Positions 45,367 through 54,785 of a DNA stretch of 64,000 nt are shown here, one piece after another. The notes under the pieces are model-generated. The model was not told the origin of the DNA. It searched no databases and was given only the letters and a program-made list of their open reading frames with translations. The DNA is taken from contig OZ244720.1 in assembly GCA_965219085.1 (NCBI GenBank), positions 896,001 to 960,000 on the forward strand, written 5' to 3'. The position numbers and the translations under genes are program-made. The DNA comes from Dehalococcoidia bacterium. GTDB taxonomy: Bacteria > Chloroflexota > Dehalococcoidia > UBA2979. The stretch's first letter is position 1; each line of letters begins with the position of its first letter.

Positions 45367-45909
45367 GTGCGGATCACTGCTCGTTCGGTGCTCACACACC
45401 TTGTGGCCGCTGGGGTGGGCGCCGTGATTGTGAGCGTCCTGCTCGTGGGTGAGTCCGAGCTTGTAGATGTCGACTCCAGTGATGACGTTTGCTCGGTTGC
45501 CCTTCTCTGGCGCGACGCAGCGGAGGAATTCGAAGTGCGGACGAACAGTGTCGACCGGAGTACGAGCGAGGGCAGGGCTGCGATGTTCGAGGCTTTCAAG
45601 ACGGTGGCGAATGTCGCGATCCCGGTCGCGGAGCCTAGTTCGCGCGCGGGTCCCCTCGCGTCTGAGATGCACGCATGGAATGCGCTTGCTGAAGAATGGC
45701 TATCGAGCGTGCAATCCCTCTACTTCTGGGTCGGGGGCGCCTCGCGAAGCAGTGGCCTCTCCGATCGGGGACAACAGGCACTCTTAGGGGCCATGAGTGA
45801 TCAGGAGCGTGCTCGTCTAGGTCTCAATCGCGCGACCCGTCAAGCAAACTCGCATCTCGTATCGGTATGCGATCTGCCACCGATCAAGCTCTATGGCGAA
45901 TCACCATAG
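45367..45909 (+). CDS. Hypothetical protein with an N-terminal TM anchor
   Basis: Open frame, hydrophobic N-terminus, visibly lower GC than neighbours; start uncertain. Confidence 0.55.
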   Translation: MRITARSVLTHLVAAGVGAVIVSVLLVGESELVDVDSSDDVCSVALLWRDAAEEFEVRTNSVDRSTSEGRAAMFEAFKTVANVAIPVAEPSSRAGPLASEMHAWNALAEEWLSSVQSLYFWVGGASRSSGLSDRGQQALLGAMSDQERARLGLNRATRQANSHLVSVCDLPPIKLYGESP

Positions 45910-45965
45910 TAGAACAGGGAGATAGCGTAGCTACGTCTATCGGGCGGAAGGACTTCTACTCGTGC

Positions 45966-46223
45966 CTACCCGGCGGCGATGCCCTCGCTGAGCGCGCCAA
46001 GCCGCGCAGCCAGCTCCGGCCAGTCGATGTCACCCTCGCGGTACTCGGAGTCCCACAGTTCGAGTCGGCCGAGCACGTCGGCGACCTCGGGGGGCGGGCG
46101 GAGGGTGTCGGACCAGTCGATTGAGGCGAGGAAATCGGGCAGGCGATACTCCCCGGGACCGTTCGCAGCCGTCTGCCGGATCACGACGAGGACATCGTCG
46201 CGCGTCGAGGGCTGCTTGCTCAT
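45966..46223 (-). CDS. Hypothetical small acidic protein
   Basis: 85-aa ORF with a GGAG SD that fills the gap; no family recognised. Confidence 0.55.
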   Translation of the reverse strand: MSKQPSTRDDVLVVIRQTAANGPGEYRLPDFLASIDWSDTLRPPPEVADVLGRLELWDSEYREGDIDWPELAARLGALSEGIAAG

Positions 46224-46283
46224 GCCGTCTCCCGTCGGTAGTGGTGGAGCGTGCCCGATGCGCGCACGAGAGAGTGTACCCGC

Positions 46284-47333
46284 GTGACTGACCCGCTCCC
46301 GCTCCCCCTCGGCGACAACACCGCCTACGCCCTCCCCCTCGCCGAGGGCGGCGCCATCCTCGTCGACGCGGGCCCCGACATACCGGGCCCCGAGGGCTCG
46401 CCAGGCGCCGAGGGCTCACCGGGGGCCGAAGGCGCCGAGGGCGGGACGTGGGAGCTGCTCGTCGCGCTGCTCGCGGCGGGCGGCATCGCCACCTCCGACG
46501 TGCGGGCGGTGCTTGTCACGCACCAGCACCTCGACCACGCCGGGCTCGCCGCCCGCTGGGCCGCCGAGGGCGCCCGCATCCTCGCCGGGGCCGCCGACGT
46601 GCCCGCGCTCGCCGGCGGGCAGGCGTGGGGCGACGCCCGCCGCCCGGCGCGCATCGCCGCGCTGATCGAGCACGGCGTGCCGGCTGAGCTCGTCGAGCAG
46701 ATGGCGTCGCCGACCCGCAGGCGGCCGCCCGAGTACCGCTGGGAGCCGTGCCCCCTCGACGCCATCGAGGCGGTCGCCGACGGCGCGGAGTTCGCGCTCG
46801 AGGGCGGCGCGTCGCTGCGCGCGATCCACGCGCCGGGCCACACGCCGGGCAACCTCGTCGCCTTCGTCGAGGCGACGGGCGACCTCTACTCCGGCGACAC
46901 GCTGCTGCCCGGCACCGTGCCGACCCCCGGCCTGCACTTCGCCGACGCCCCCATCGATGCGGAGGACGGCGGGGCGGGCGCGCGCCTGCCGTCGTTGCCC
47001 GACTTCGTCGCGTCGGTGGCGCGGCTACGGACGCTCGGCGTGCGTCGCGTGCTGCCCGGCCACGGCGCGCCCGTCGAGGGCGAGGCGGCCGAGCGGCTCT
47101 TCGTGCGCTTCGAGCGCCACCACCAGCGCCGCCCGGCGCGCGTGCGCGCGCTGCTCGAGGAGCAGCCCGACACGGCGTTCGGGCTCATCGGGCGGCTGTT
47201 CCCGCACCTCCCCGAGGCGCGCATCCCGCAGGCGATGACGGAGCTCATCGGCCAGCTCGACGTGCTCGTGGCGCGCGGCGAGGCCGTGGCCGAGCGTCGG
47301 GACGGCCTGCTGGTGCATCGCATCGCGCGGTAG
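46284..47333 (+). CDS. MBL-fold metallo-hydrolase
   Basis: VDAG, THQHLDHAG, PGHTPG, SGD, LPGHG. Confidence 0.88.
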   Translation: MTDPLPLPLGDNTAYALPLAEGGAILVDAGPDIPGPEGSPGAEGSPGAEGAEGGTWELLVALLAAGGIATSDVRAVLVTHQHLDHAGLAARWAAEGARILAGAADVPALAGGQAWGDARRPARIAALIEHGVPAELVEQMASPTRRRPPEYRWEPCPLDAIEAVADGAEFALEGGASLRAIHAPGHTPGNLVAFVEATGDLYSGDTLLPGTVPTPGLHFADAPIDAEDGGAGARLPSLPDFVASVARLRTLGVRRVLPGHGAPVEGEAAERLFVRFERHHQRRPARVRALLEEQPDTAFGLIGRLFPHLPEARIPQAMTELIGQLDVLVARGEAVAERRDGLLVHRIAR

Positions 47334-47367
47334 CGGGCGCCACCGCGCGGCTCAGCGCGGGCCGCGC

Positions 47368-49614
47368 TCACTCCTCGAGCCGTACGCCGTCGGAGTGCCA
47401 GCGCAGGTAGTCGGCGTGCGCCCAGCCCTCGACGCCGTCGTCGGTGCGGATGTGCATCCAGCTGGCGGGCCCATCGGACGCCCAGTCCCGCAGAAAATCG
47501 TCCGTCTCGGCGATAGTGCCATGAGCGAGACATGTCAAAATCGGAGCATCATCCGATGCGTTCTGGCGAAGGTTCAGGCAGGTGCCGACATCCACTTCGA
47601 CAAGCAGCCGATCCTCGAACGGTGGTCGCTCGATGACAGGGCGGGGCGGCGGCGGCAGCGGATAGTAGTCCTCGCCATCGAACACGTGGGAGTACGAGGT
47701 CCGGATCCGAAGCGTGTCGCTGCGGGCACCCCACGCGGGTCTCTCCCAGAGTCTCAACGCACCGCCGTGCGGATTGGGGATCGCCGCGCTGGTAGGACCG
47801 AACGAGAGTGAAGCCTGCTCGGCCCCTTCCGAGTTGATGGCCACAAAGTTGCTCCGTGGCGTCGACCGGCGGTGATCGACGAAGAGGTCAGGATCGTCCG
47901 GCGAGGCCCAGCCAGGAGCGGGCCTCCACGCCCCGTCGAGCCTCGCAACCCACCTGCCATAGCTCGTATCGACAATGATCCCGGAGCTATCCGCGAGCCA
48001 CACCTCCCCGCGAGTCTCGAATCCGCTCTCGATCCAGGAGGGATGCACGCCCAGAAGGCGAATGACCTCAGCCCCTGTCGCGGCATCGAAGATGGACAGG
48101 ACCATGCCCACAGGCTGCGGGCTGTAGCCGGAGCCGTACGCCACCAAGCCACTGAAGGTTGGGGAGGCGATCAGGCGGCCGTCTGGCGAGATGCTGGTAG
48201 AGCCTAGCTTGCACGGGATTGTCTGATCGGAGAGCAGGACCCCTCCCAGGTCGTAACGCGCGACGCGGCAAGCGGAATCGCTCCTGACGACGAACGCGAC
48301 CAGGTTGTCCAAGACTACGATCTCCTCGTACCGCCAGCCCTCGGAGGCCTCCCACGGAAGCACCCAGGTGTATGCCCGGGGGTTCGTTTCGTCCGCGAAG
48401 TTCACGAGATGGAAGGTCCGACTCGGCCCCCACCCGCGCACGAGGATGTAACTGCCGGTGGGGTGGCTGAAGTGCTCTCCCGGCGGGGTCTGGAACTGCA
48501 CGACTGGCTGGAGATCGCCGTCGAGCATGACATATGCGTCGAGGCTCGTGACCCAGAAGAGGAGCCGTTCGCTGTCTCCCCATCCCCACCATCGATCGAA
48601 CCTGAACCGGGGCCGCCCGTTCAGGCTGTCGGCATCCCACGTGTACATACGCGCTGTCTGACGGTCATACAGGGCGACCGTCTCGTCGGCCTGCACGTAG
48701 TCGGTACACGAGTCGTCATCCCACTGCACGAATCGGCTACTTGGGGAGACGGTGAGGGCGTCGACGAGGCAGAACCGCACAGGTTGCTCCGCGGACAGGC
48801 TGCTCAGCGAGTAGACCCACCCCTCCACCGCGCCCGACTCCACGTCCAACAGGAACAGGCCGGGATCCCACGGCACCTCCTCGCCCGCCTCGTACCGGAC
48901 GTGCGTGAGGCCCGCCGAGTCGAGCGCCTCAGCGACGCCGACCTCCACGATGCCCAGCTCCTCGCGCGTCGGTGGCACGGCGGTCACTGGAGCGGGTACA
49001 GCCGTCGGGGTCGGTGAGGGCGTTGTAGCGACACTGGGCGCGGGTGTTGCGGTCGGAGTCGGCGTCGGGGTTGGGCTGGGCGTCGGTGCGCGGGTCGCTG
49101 TCGCCGTGGGAGTCGGTATTGGCGTGCCGGTCGGCCAGGGGCTGGGCTGCGGCGACGCGGAGGCCGTGGCGGTGGGTGCGGGCGCCGAGGTCTGCGTCGG
49201 CGGCGGGGCGACAGCGAGGGGCGGGGCGGCGTCGCCGCCCGCGACGACGAGCGCGACGGCCACCAGCGCCACGACAGCAACCACCCCCACCACCACACCC
49301 GCAACCGCCGCAGTCCCCGCCCCCACCCACGCGATCGGCCGCGCCACCGTCCACAGCGCCGCGGGCACCGTGAACAGCGCGCCGAGGCGGCCTCGACGCC
49401 CCTCGGGGCGCCAGGAGGCGAGCGCGCGGCGGTCGCCCAGCTCGAGCTTCGCGAGCATGTTCGAGATGTGGTACTTGACCGTGTCGAGGCTGAGGCCGAG
49501 GCGCGCGGCGATCTCGGCGTTCGTGCCACCCTCGCGCAGCGCCTCCAGCACACGCCACTCGGCCGGTGTCAGGATGTCGGGATGGCGCGGACGGCCGCGG
49601 CGATTGCGCTCCAT
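47368..49614 (-). CDS. Membrane-anchored LuxR-HTH protein with PT stalk, beta-rich ectodomain (type B) and C-terminal SH3b-like domain
   Basis: N-terminus nearly identical to that of 42384-44003; CLNLRQ...WMHIRTDDGVEGWAHADYL SH3-like end. Confidence 0.85.
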   Translation of the reverse strand: MERNRRGRPRHPDILTPAEWRVLEALREGGTNAEIAARLGLSLDTVKYHISNMLAKLELGDRRALASWRPEGRRGRLGALFTVPAALWTVARPIAWVGAGTAAVAGVVVGVVAVVALVAVALVVAGGDAAPPLAVAPPPTQTSAPAPTATASASPQPSPWPTGTPIPTPTATATRAPTPSPTPTPTPTATPAPSVATTPSPTPTAVPAPVTAVPPTREELGIVEVGVAEALDSAGLTHVRYEAGEEVPWDPGLFLLDVESGAVEGWVYSLSSLSAEQPVRFCLVDALTVSPSSRFVQWDDDSCTDYVQADETVALYDRQTARMYTWDADSLNGRPRFRFDRWWGWGDSERLLFWVTSLDAYVMLDGDLQPVVQFQTPPGEHFSHPTGSYILVRGWGPSRTFHLVNFADETNPRAYTWVLPWEASEGWRYEEIVVLDNLVAFVVRSDSACRVARYDLGGVLLSDQTIPCKLGSTSISPDGRLIASPTFSGLVAYGSGYSPQPVGMVLSIFDAATGAEVIRLLGVHPSWIESGFETRGEVWLADSSGIIVDTSYGRWVARLDGAWRPAPGWASPDDPDLFVDHRRSTPRSNFVAINSEGAEQASLSFGPTSAAIPNPHGGALRLWERPAWGARSDTLRIRTSYSHVFDGEDYYPLPPPPRPVIERPPFEDRLLVEVDVGTCLNLRQNASDDAPILTCLAHGTIAETDDFLRDWASDGPASWMHIRTDDGVEGWAHADYLRWHSDGVRLEE

Positions 49615-49786
49615 CGGACCATCGTAGGGCGCGCGGCGCTCGATTTACCCCACCCGGTCGCCCTCGCCACGTGCGCCGGCGCCCGACGCAGCACGAACCG
49701 GGGCGAGGCTGAGCGCTCGCCGGCGGCGTCAGCGCGCGGGGGCGGCATCCGGGGCCGCCTCGGCGGGGTCGGGCGGGCGCCACACG

Positions 49787-51070
49787 TCATCGCCGCGCAG
49801 GCGGCGCAGCTCCGCCGACGCCAGGTAGACGGCGATGGCGAACGCCGCCACCGACAGCGCCCCGGCCGCGATCGTGATGCGCGCCGATGAACTCGGCAGC
49901 GACCGCCCCGCTGGCCACGCCGAACGGCGTCAGGAAGAAGCTCGTCGCCCAGATGCCCATCACGCGCCCTCGCAGCCTGTCGGGAACCAGCAGCTGCAGC
50001 ACCGTCAGCCCGACGACGAGCGGGAGCTCCATCGCGAAGCCCGCGAGCAACAGGAGCACCAGCCCCGGTGCGAGGTGGCCCGTGATCGCGGATACGCCAA
50101 CGCACACACCGAAGACCCCCGCGGAACCGAGCATCAGCACGCCCGGACGTGGGCTCAGGCCGTAGCGGATGATGGCGTACACCGCTGCGAGCGCGCCGAT
50201 GTCCGCCACGGCAAGCATGAACACCCTCAGGCCCAGGCTGTCGGTGCGCTCGAACATGAGGTTCGTCACCGGCAGGTCAGACGAACCGCCGAAGACATGC
50301 AGGAAGAACGACAGGCCGAGGATGGCGAGGAATATGCGGCGCCCGAACACGAAGCGCATCCCGGCCGCGATGCTCACGCCCTCCTCGGCGCCCCCCAGGG
50401 TCCGCCTCACGTGGTGGGACGCGAACGGTGAGCAGCACGACGAACGAGAGCGCGCCCAGCACGGCCGCGCCGGCGAGTGCCCACCACCCGTGCGTGAGCA
50501 CCGTCAGGGCGACCAGCATCGCCGGGTACGGCTCGAGTGTAGCCACGGGGAGGACGACCCAGACCAGGATCCAGGCCGTACCGGCGATCCTCGTCACGCT
50601 CGCGATGCCGCTGATGAGCGCAACCGCGCTCGGCATCGCGCGGCGGTCGATGAGCCGGGGGAGCAGCGTATGCATCGCGGGTGCGGCGACGGCCCACAGC
50701 ACGCCGTTCGCGACGGCCCACGCGATGACCATCCAGAACTCGACGACGCCGGTCAGCACCACGACCACGAGCGCGCCATGCCCGGCGAACACCAGGAATT
50801 GCGTCACCAGCGCGAGGCGATAGGGATCGTAGCGGTCGGCAAGCGAGCCGGCGGGAATGGCGAGCAGGGCGGCGGCGAGAGGCCTCGCGGTCAGCCACGC
50901 AAGGGACCAAAACAGCGGCTGATCGAGTCTCACGAAGATGAGCGACCCGAGGCCGATGCCTTCACACCAGTAGGCGGCTGCGCGGAAGAGCGCGGCGAGC
51001 CAGAAGCGTCGGTAGTTGCGGTAGGAGAGTGCGTTCCCACTCGGACGGGTGCGGTCGCGGGTGTGCTCAT
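49787..51070 (-). pseudogene. Degenerate tandem paralog of the adjacent MFS transporter
   Basis: Colinear similarity to 51142-52431 spread over several frames (shifts near 51040, 50405 and 49880). Confidence 0.8.
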
Positions 51071-51141
51071 CCGGCCATCCTCGCACCGGCCGTGCCCGCA
51101 TGGAGCAGGGCCTCGCATGGCGCGATTGTGCCCCGCGCGGG

Positions 51142-52431
51142 TTAGCTCGCGGCGGCCTCCGGAGCGACCTCGACGGGCTCGGGCGGCGGCATCACGTCGT
51201 CGCCGCGCAGGCGGCGTAGCTCCGCCGATGCCAGGTAGACGGCGATGGCGAACGCCGTCACCGACAGCGCGCCGGCCGCGATCGTGACGCGCACGCCGAT
51301 GAACTCCGCCGCGAAGCCCGCGATGAAGCCGCCGATCGGGGTCAGGAAGTAGGTCATCGACCAGATGCCCATCACCCGCCCTCGCAGCCCGTCGGGGACC
51401 AGCAGCTGCACCACCGTCATCCCGATGATCAGGTACACCTCGGCGGCGAACCCCGAGACCAGCAGCAGCACCGACGCCGGCGCGAGGTGGTCCGTGGCGG
51501 CGAATCCCGCGATGAGCACGCCGAAGACGGCCGCCGAGGCGAGCATGAGCACGCCGGGCCGTCGCCCCAGCCCGTAGTGGATCACCCACCACGTGCCGGC
51601 GAGCGAGCCGATCCCGGCCACCGCCTCCATGAAGCCGAAGCCCTCGGAACCCACTTCGAGGAGCTCGTTGGCGAAGATCGGCAGCAGGATCACGTACGAG
51701 CTCCCGAACACCGAGGTGAAGAACGACAGCCCGATGGTGGCGAAGAACACGGGGCGCCCGAACACGAACCGAAGCCCTGCTCGCATGCCCCCGTCGTCCC
51801 CGGCTTGCCGCTCGGTCGCGTCGCGGGGGGCGACGTGGATCATGAGCATCACGAAGAACGCGAGCCCGTTCACCGCGGCGCAGACCGAGAAGGCGTGCCC
51901 GGTGCCGACCAGCGCGATGAGCACACCCGCGCTCGCCGGCCCGACGATGCGCAGGGCGCTCCAGATGCCGCTGATGAGCGCGACGGCGCTGGCCATCGCG
52001 GGCGGCTCGATGAGGCGGGGGAGCAGCGTGTTCATCGCCGGCGCGGCGACGGCCCAGAGCACGCCGTTGGCGACCGCCCAGCCGATGACCATCCACATCT
52101 CGATCAGGCCGGTCAGGATCAGCACCGCCAGCGCCGTGTGGCCGATCACCATGAGGAACTGGCTGCCGATCATGAGCCGGTACGGGTCGCTGCGGTCGGC
52201 GAGCGAGCCGCCGGGGAGGGAGAGCAGGATGGTGGGGACGCCGCTGGCCAGCCACACCACGCCCAGCCAGAACGGCGTCTGGTCGAGCTCGACGGCGACG
52301 AGCCAGCCGAGACCGATGAACTGGAACTGGAAGCCGAAGACGCGCATGACCGCGGACACCCAGTAGCGCCGGTAGTTGGGGTAGGAGAGCGCGCTCCGGC
52401 TGGCTCGAGGGGTGTTCGCGGCGGCCGTCAT
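51142..52431 (-). CDS. MFS transporter (MFS_3 / H+ antiporter-like)
   Basis: ALSYPNYRRYW, GGSLADR, VPDGLRGRVMG; about 12 TM helices. Confidence 0.9.
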   Translation of the reverse strand: MTAAANTPRASRSALSYPNYRRYWVSAVMRVFGFQFQFIGLGWLVAVELDQTPFWLGVVWLASGVPTILLSLPGGSLADRSDPYRLMIGSQFLMVIGHTALAVLILTGLIEMWMVIGWAVANGVLWAVAAPAMNTLLPRLIEPPAMASAVALISGIWSALRIVGPASAGVLIALVGTGHAFSVCAAVNGLAFFVMLMIHVAPRDATERQAGDDGGMRAGLRFVFGRPVFFATIGLSFFTSVFGSSYVILLPIFANELLEVGSEGFGFMEAVAGIGSLAGTWWVIHYGLGRRPGVLMLASAAVFGVLIAGFAATDHLAPASVLLLVSGFAAEVYLIIGMTVVQLLVPDGLRGRVMGIWSMTYFLTPIGGFIAGFAAEFIGVRVTIAAGALSVTAFAIAVYLASAELRRLRGDDVMPPPEPVEVAPEAAAS

Positions 52432-52470
52432 GCAGTCATCGTACCGTCGGGCCGCACCGGCGGACGCGGC

Positions 52471-54312
52471 CTAGCGATCGGGAGCGACGGAGTTCGGGTA
52501 GGACAGCATGGTGCGGACGCGGAGCACGTCGTTGGTCGCGCCCCAGTCCGCGAATGCGTCCAGCGACACCTCGGCGCCGAGGGGGCCCGGGATGAGCGCG
52601 TCAGGAGGACCGAACGTGAGCCTCGCGACTGCGTCGCCGCGCAGGTTCGTCACGATCATGGGATCGGGGGCGGCCAGGCCATCCGGATCGGCCGCCGTCC
52701 GCCGCGATGCGCCGTTGATCGCCGCGATCCGCAGGCCGGCGTCCACACCCAGTACGAGGGCGGAGCTATCCGCGAGCTTCAGGATGTCCCGCGCGTTCCA
52801 GGGACTGGCGATGCTCGTGACGTGCACGATCTCCCGCCCCGTGATCGTGTCGAAGGCCACCATGTGCGTGACGCGATTACCGCTGTACCCGGTGTTGTCG
52901 AGCAGCCCTGCGGTAGCGGCGGCGAGCAGCCCTTCGTCCGGGGGATTCCGATCCAGGCTGAGGCCGGCGGACGGGCCGGGCCAGAGACGCCCGCACGAGA
53001 CCGCCTCGTCCGACCTGAGCACGCCGCTCAGGTCGTAGCGGACCACGCGACACGATTCGGAACCGGTATCCGCGACGATCGTGACGAGATCGTCCAGCAA
53101 CTCGATCTGGTACCTGACGTCCTCTGACGGCTCCTGCTCGACCGTCTTCCAGGGCAGGGCCCATGTGTACATCACCGGGCTGGTCTCGTCGTCGAGGTTC
53201 ACGAGGTGGTAGCGGTCCCCCGGCTCACAACCGATGCACTCCCGGATGAGGATGTAACCGCCCGTGGGACCCGCGAAGCGCGCGCCCGGCGGGAGGTCGA
53301 ACTGCGACACGGGCTGCATCGCGCCATCCACCAGCACGAAGGTGTTGGAGTCTTCCGACCGGAAGAGCAGCCGTTCGCCGTCCCCCGATCCCCACCATTG
53401 ATCGAGGTGAGTCGTGCTCGCGTCCCAGGTGTGCGTCTGCCCGCCCTGGCGGTCGTGCAGCGTCTGCGTGCCCGCCTCGTCCGTCCAGAGCACGAAGCGG
53501 TTGCCCGGTGAGACGCGGATGGAGTCCCGGACCGACGCGGCCGGGCCGGGTTCCCCATTGGCGAGGCCCTCGAGTGGGCGCACCCAGCCTTCGACCGCAC
53601 CCGACCGGACATCGAGGAGGAACAACCCCGGGTTCCACGGCACGTCTTCGCCCGGCCCGTACTGAACGTGCGTGAGGCCGACCGCAGCGAGCGCCTCATC
53701 CGCTTCGACCTCGACAATGCCGAGATCGCCGCTGGCCATCGGCGGAGTCGGTGTGGCCATGGCCGCAGGCGTCGCGGTTGGCATGGGCATCGGCACGGGG
53801 GTCGCGATCGCCGTCGGCATCGGCGCGGGGGTCGCGATCGCCGTCGGCATCGGCGCGGGGGTCGCGATCGCCGTCGGCATCGGCGCGGGGGTCGCGATCG
53901 CCGTCGGCACCGGCGCGGGGGTCGCGATCGCCGTCGGCATCGGCGCGGGGGTCGCGATCGCCGTCGGCATCGGCGTGGGGGGCACGGCCGTCTCGGTCGG
54001 CGCCGGCTCAGGTGTGGGCGTCGCGGTTGGCGTGGGCGCGGGCTCGCCCTTCATCCGGGGCGTCGGCTCCGCCACGGGCAGCGCGCCCGGTATGGGGGAC
54101 GCCGAGGATCCGGGCGGGATGCGGCGTGCCAGCGGAAGCGCCCGCGTGGCCGCGGAGTCCCGGACGGCGGTCCCCGCCTGTAGTTCCGAGGCGGATTCGG
54201 GCGCGAGCATGGTCTCGCTCGTCGAAGCGTCGTCGGGCGGCACGAAGCCGTCTGCGCACCCCGCGAGGACCGCGAGCGCTGCGACGGCGCCAACAATCAC
54301 TACCCAACGCAT
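52471..54312 (-). CDS. Lipoprotein with PT-repeat stalk and type B ectodomain, no SH3
   Basis: Lipobox LAGC; LGIVEV...GLTHV.Y..GE.VPW.PGLFLLDV.SGAVEGWV shared with 47368-49614. Confidence 0.82.
   Translation of the reverse strand: MRWVVIVGAVAALAVLAGCADGFVPPDDASTSETMLAPESASELQAGTAVRDSAATRALPLARRIPPGSSASPIPGALPVAEPTPRMKGEPAPTPTATPTPEPAPTETAVPPTPMPTAIATPAPMPTAIATPAPVPTAIATPAPMPTAIATPAPMPTAIATPAPMPTAIATPVPMPMPTATPAAMATPTPPMASGDLGIVEVEADEALAAVGLTHVQYGPGEDVPWNPGLFLLDVRSGAVEGWVRPLEGLANGEPGPAASVRDSIRVSPGNRFVLWTDEAGTQTLHDRQGGQTHTWDASTTHLDQWWGSGDGERLLFRSEDSNTFVLVDGAMQPVSQFDLPPGARFAGPTGGYILIRECIGCEPGDRYHLVNLDDETSPVMYTWALPWKTVEQEPSEDVRYQIELLDDLVTIVADTGSESCRVVRYDLSGVLRSDEAVSCGRLWPGPSAGLSLDRNPPDEGLLAAATAGLLDNTGYSGNRVTHMVAFDTITGREIVHVTSIASPWNARDILKLADSSALVLGVDAGLRIAAINGASRRTAADPDGLAAPDPMIVTNLRGDAVARLTFGPPDALIPGPLGAEVSLDAFADWGATNDVLRVRTMLSYPNSVAPDR
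53791..53970 (-). repeat. Six tandem 30-bp coding repeats (MPTAIATPAP)
   Basis: CGGCGCGGGGGTCGCGATCGCCGTCGGCAT x6 with single-base variants. Confidence 0.95.
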
Positions 54313-54389
54313 AGCGGGATTATGGCATGCGCTCCGGGTTGGCGCTCAGAGACGGCTTGGGGTTGCCCGGCGAACGCGCGAGGAGCCGC

Positions 54390-54780
54390 TCACTCCTCGA
54401 GCCGCACGCCGTCGGAGTGCCAGCGCAGGTAGTCAGCGCTCGCCCACCCCTCGAGGCCGTCGTCGGTGCGGAGGTGCATCCACCCAGACGGCCAGCGAGG
54501 CTCGAAATCGTCAGTTTCGACGATGGCGCCGTTCGGGAGGCAGGTTCGGATCGCAGCTTCGCGCCTCGCGTCTTCTCGCAGGTTCAAGCACGTCCCAACG
54601 ACCACCTCGACGAGCAGCCGGTCCTTGAACGGCGGCCGCCCGATGACCGGGCGGGTGCGGGCATCGGCCCGCCGGGATTCGGCGCGACCGCCGCGTGGGG
54701 CGGCTCGCGGCTGCCGACCCCAACACGCCTACTCGGTCGCGCTCGCCCAGCACCCACGCACCGACCACGATGCTCCGGCA
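54390..54780 (-). pseudogene. Orphan 3' fragment (SH3b-like end) of another type B family gene
   Basis: RPVIGRPPFKDRLLVEVVVGTCLNLR...ADYLRWHSDGVRLEE* matches the end of 47368-49614; no 5' part present. Confidence 0.8.
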
Positions 54781-54785
54781 GAGCG

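Noticed and set aside
46385-46445. Short PEGSPGAEG repeats in the MBL hydrolase
   Set aside because: Local slippage in a loop; unrelated to the palindromic element
54390-54500. DGR template/variable repeat pair with 47368-47470, or with the FGE/CLec gene at 17843-18601
   Set aside because: Mismatches are not adenine-specific and there is no reverse transcriptase in the window; ordinary paralogy explains it
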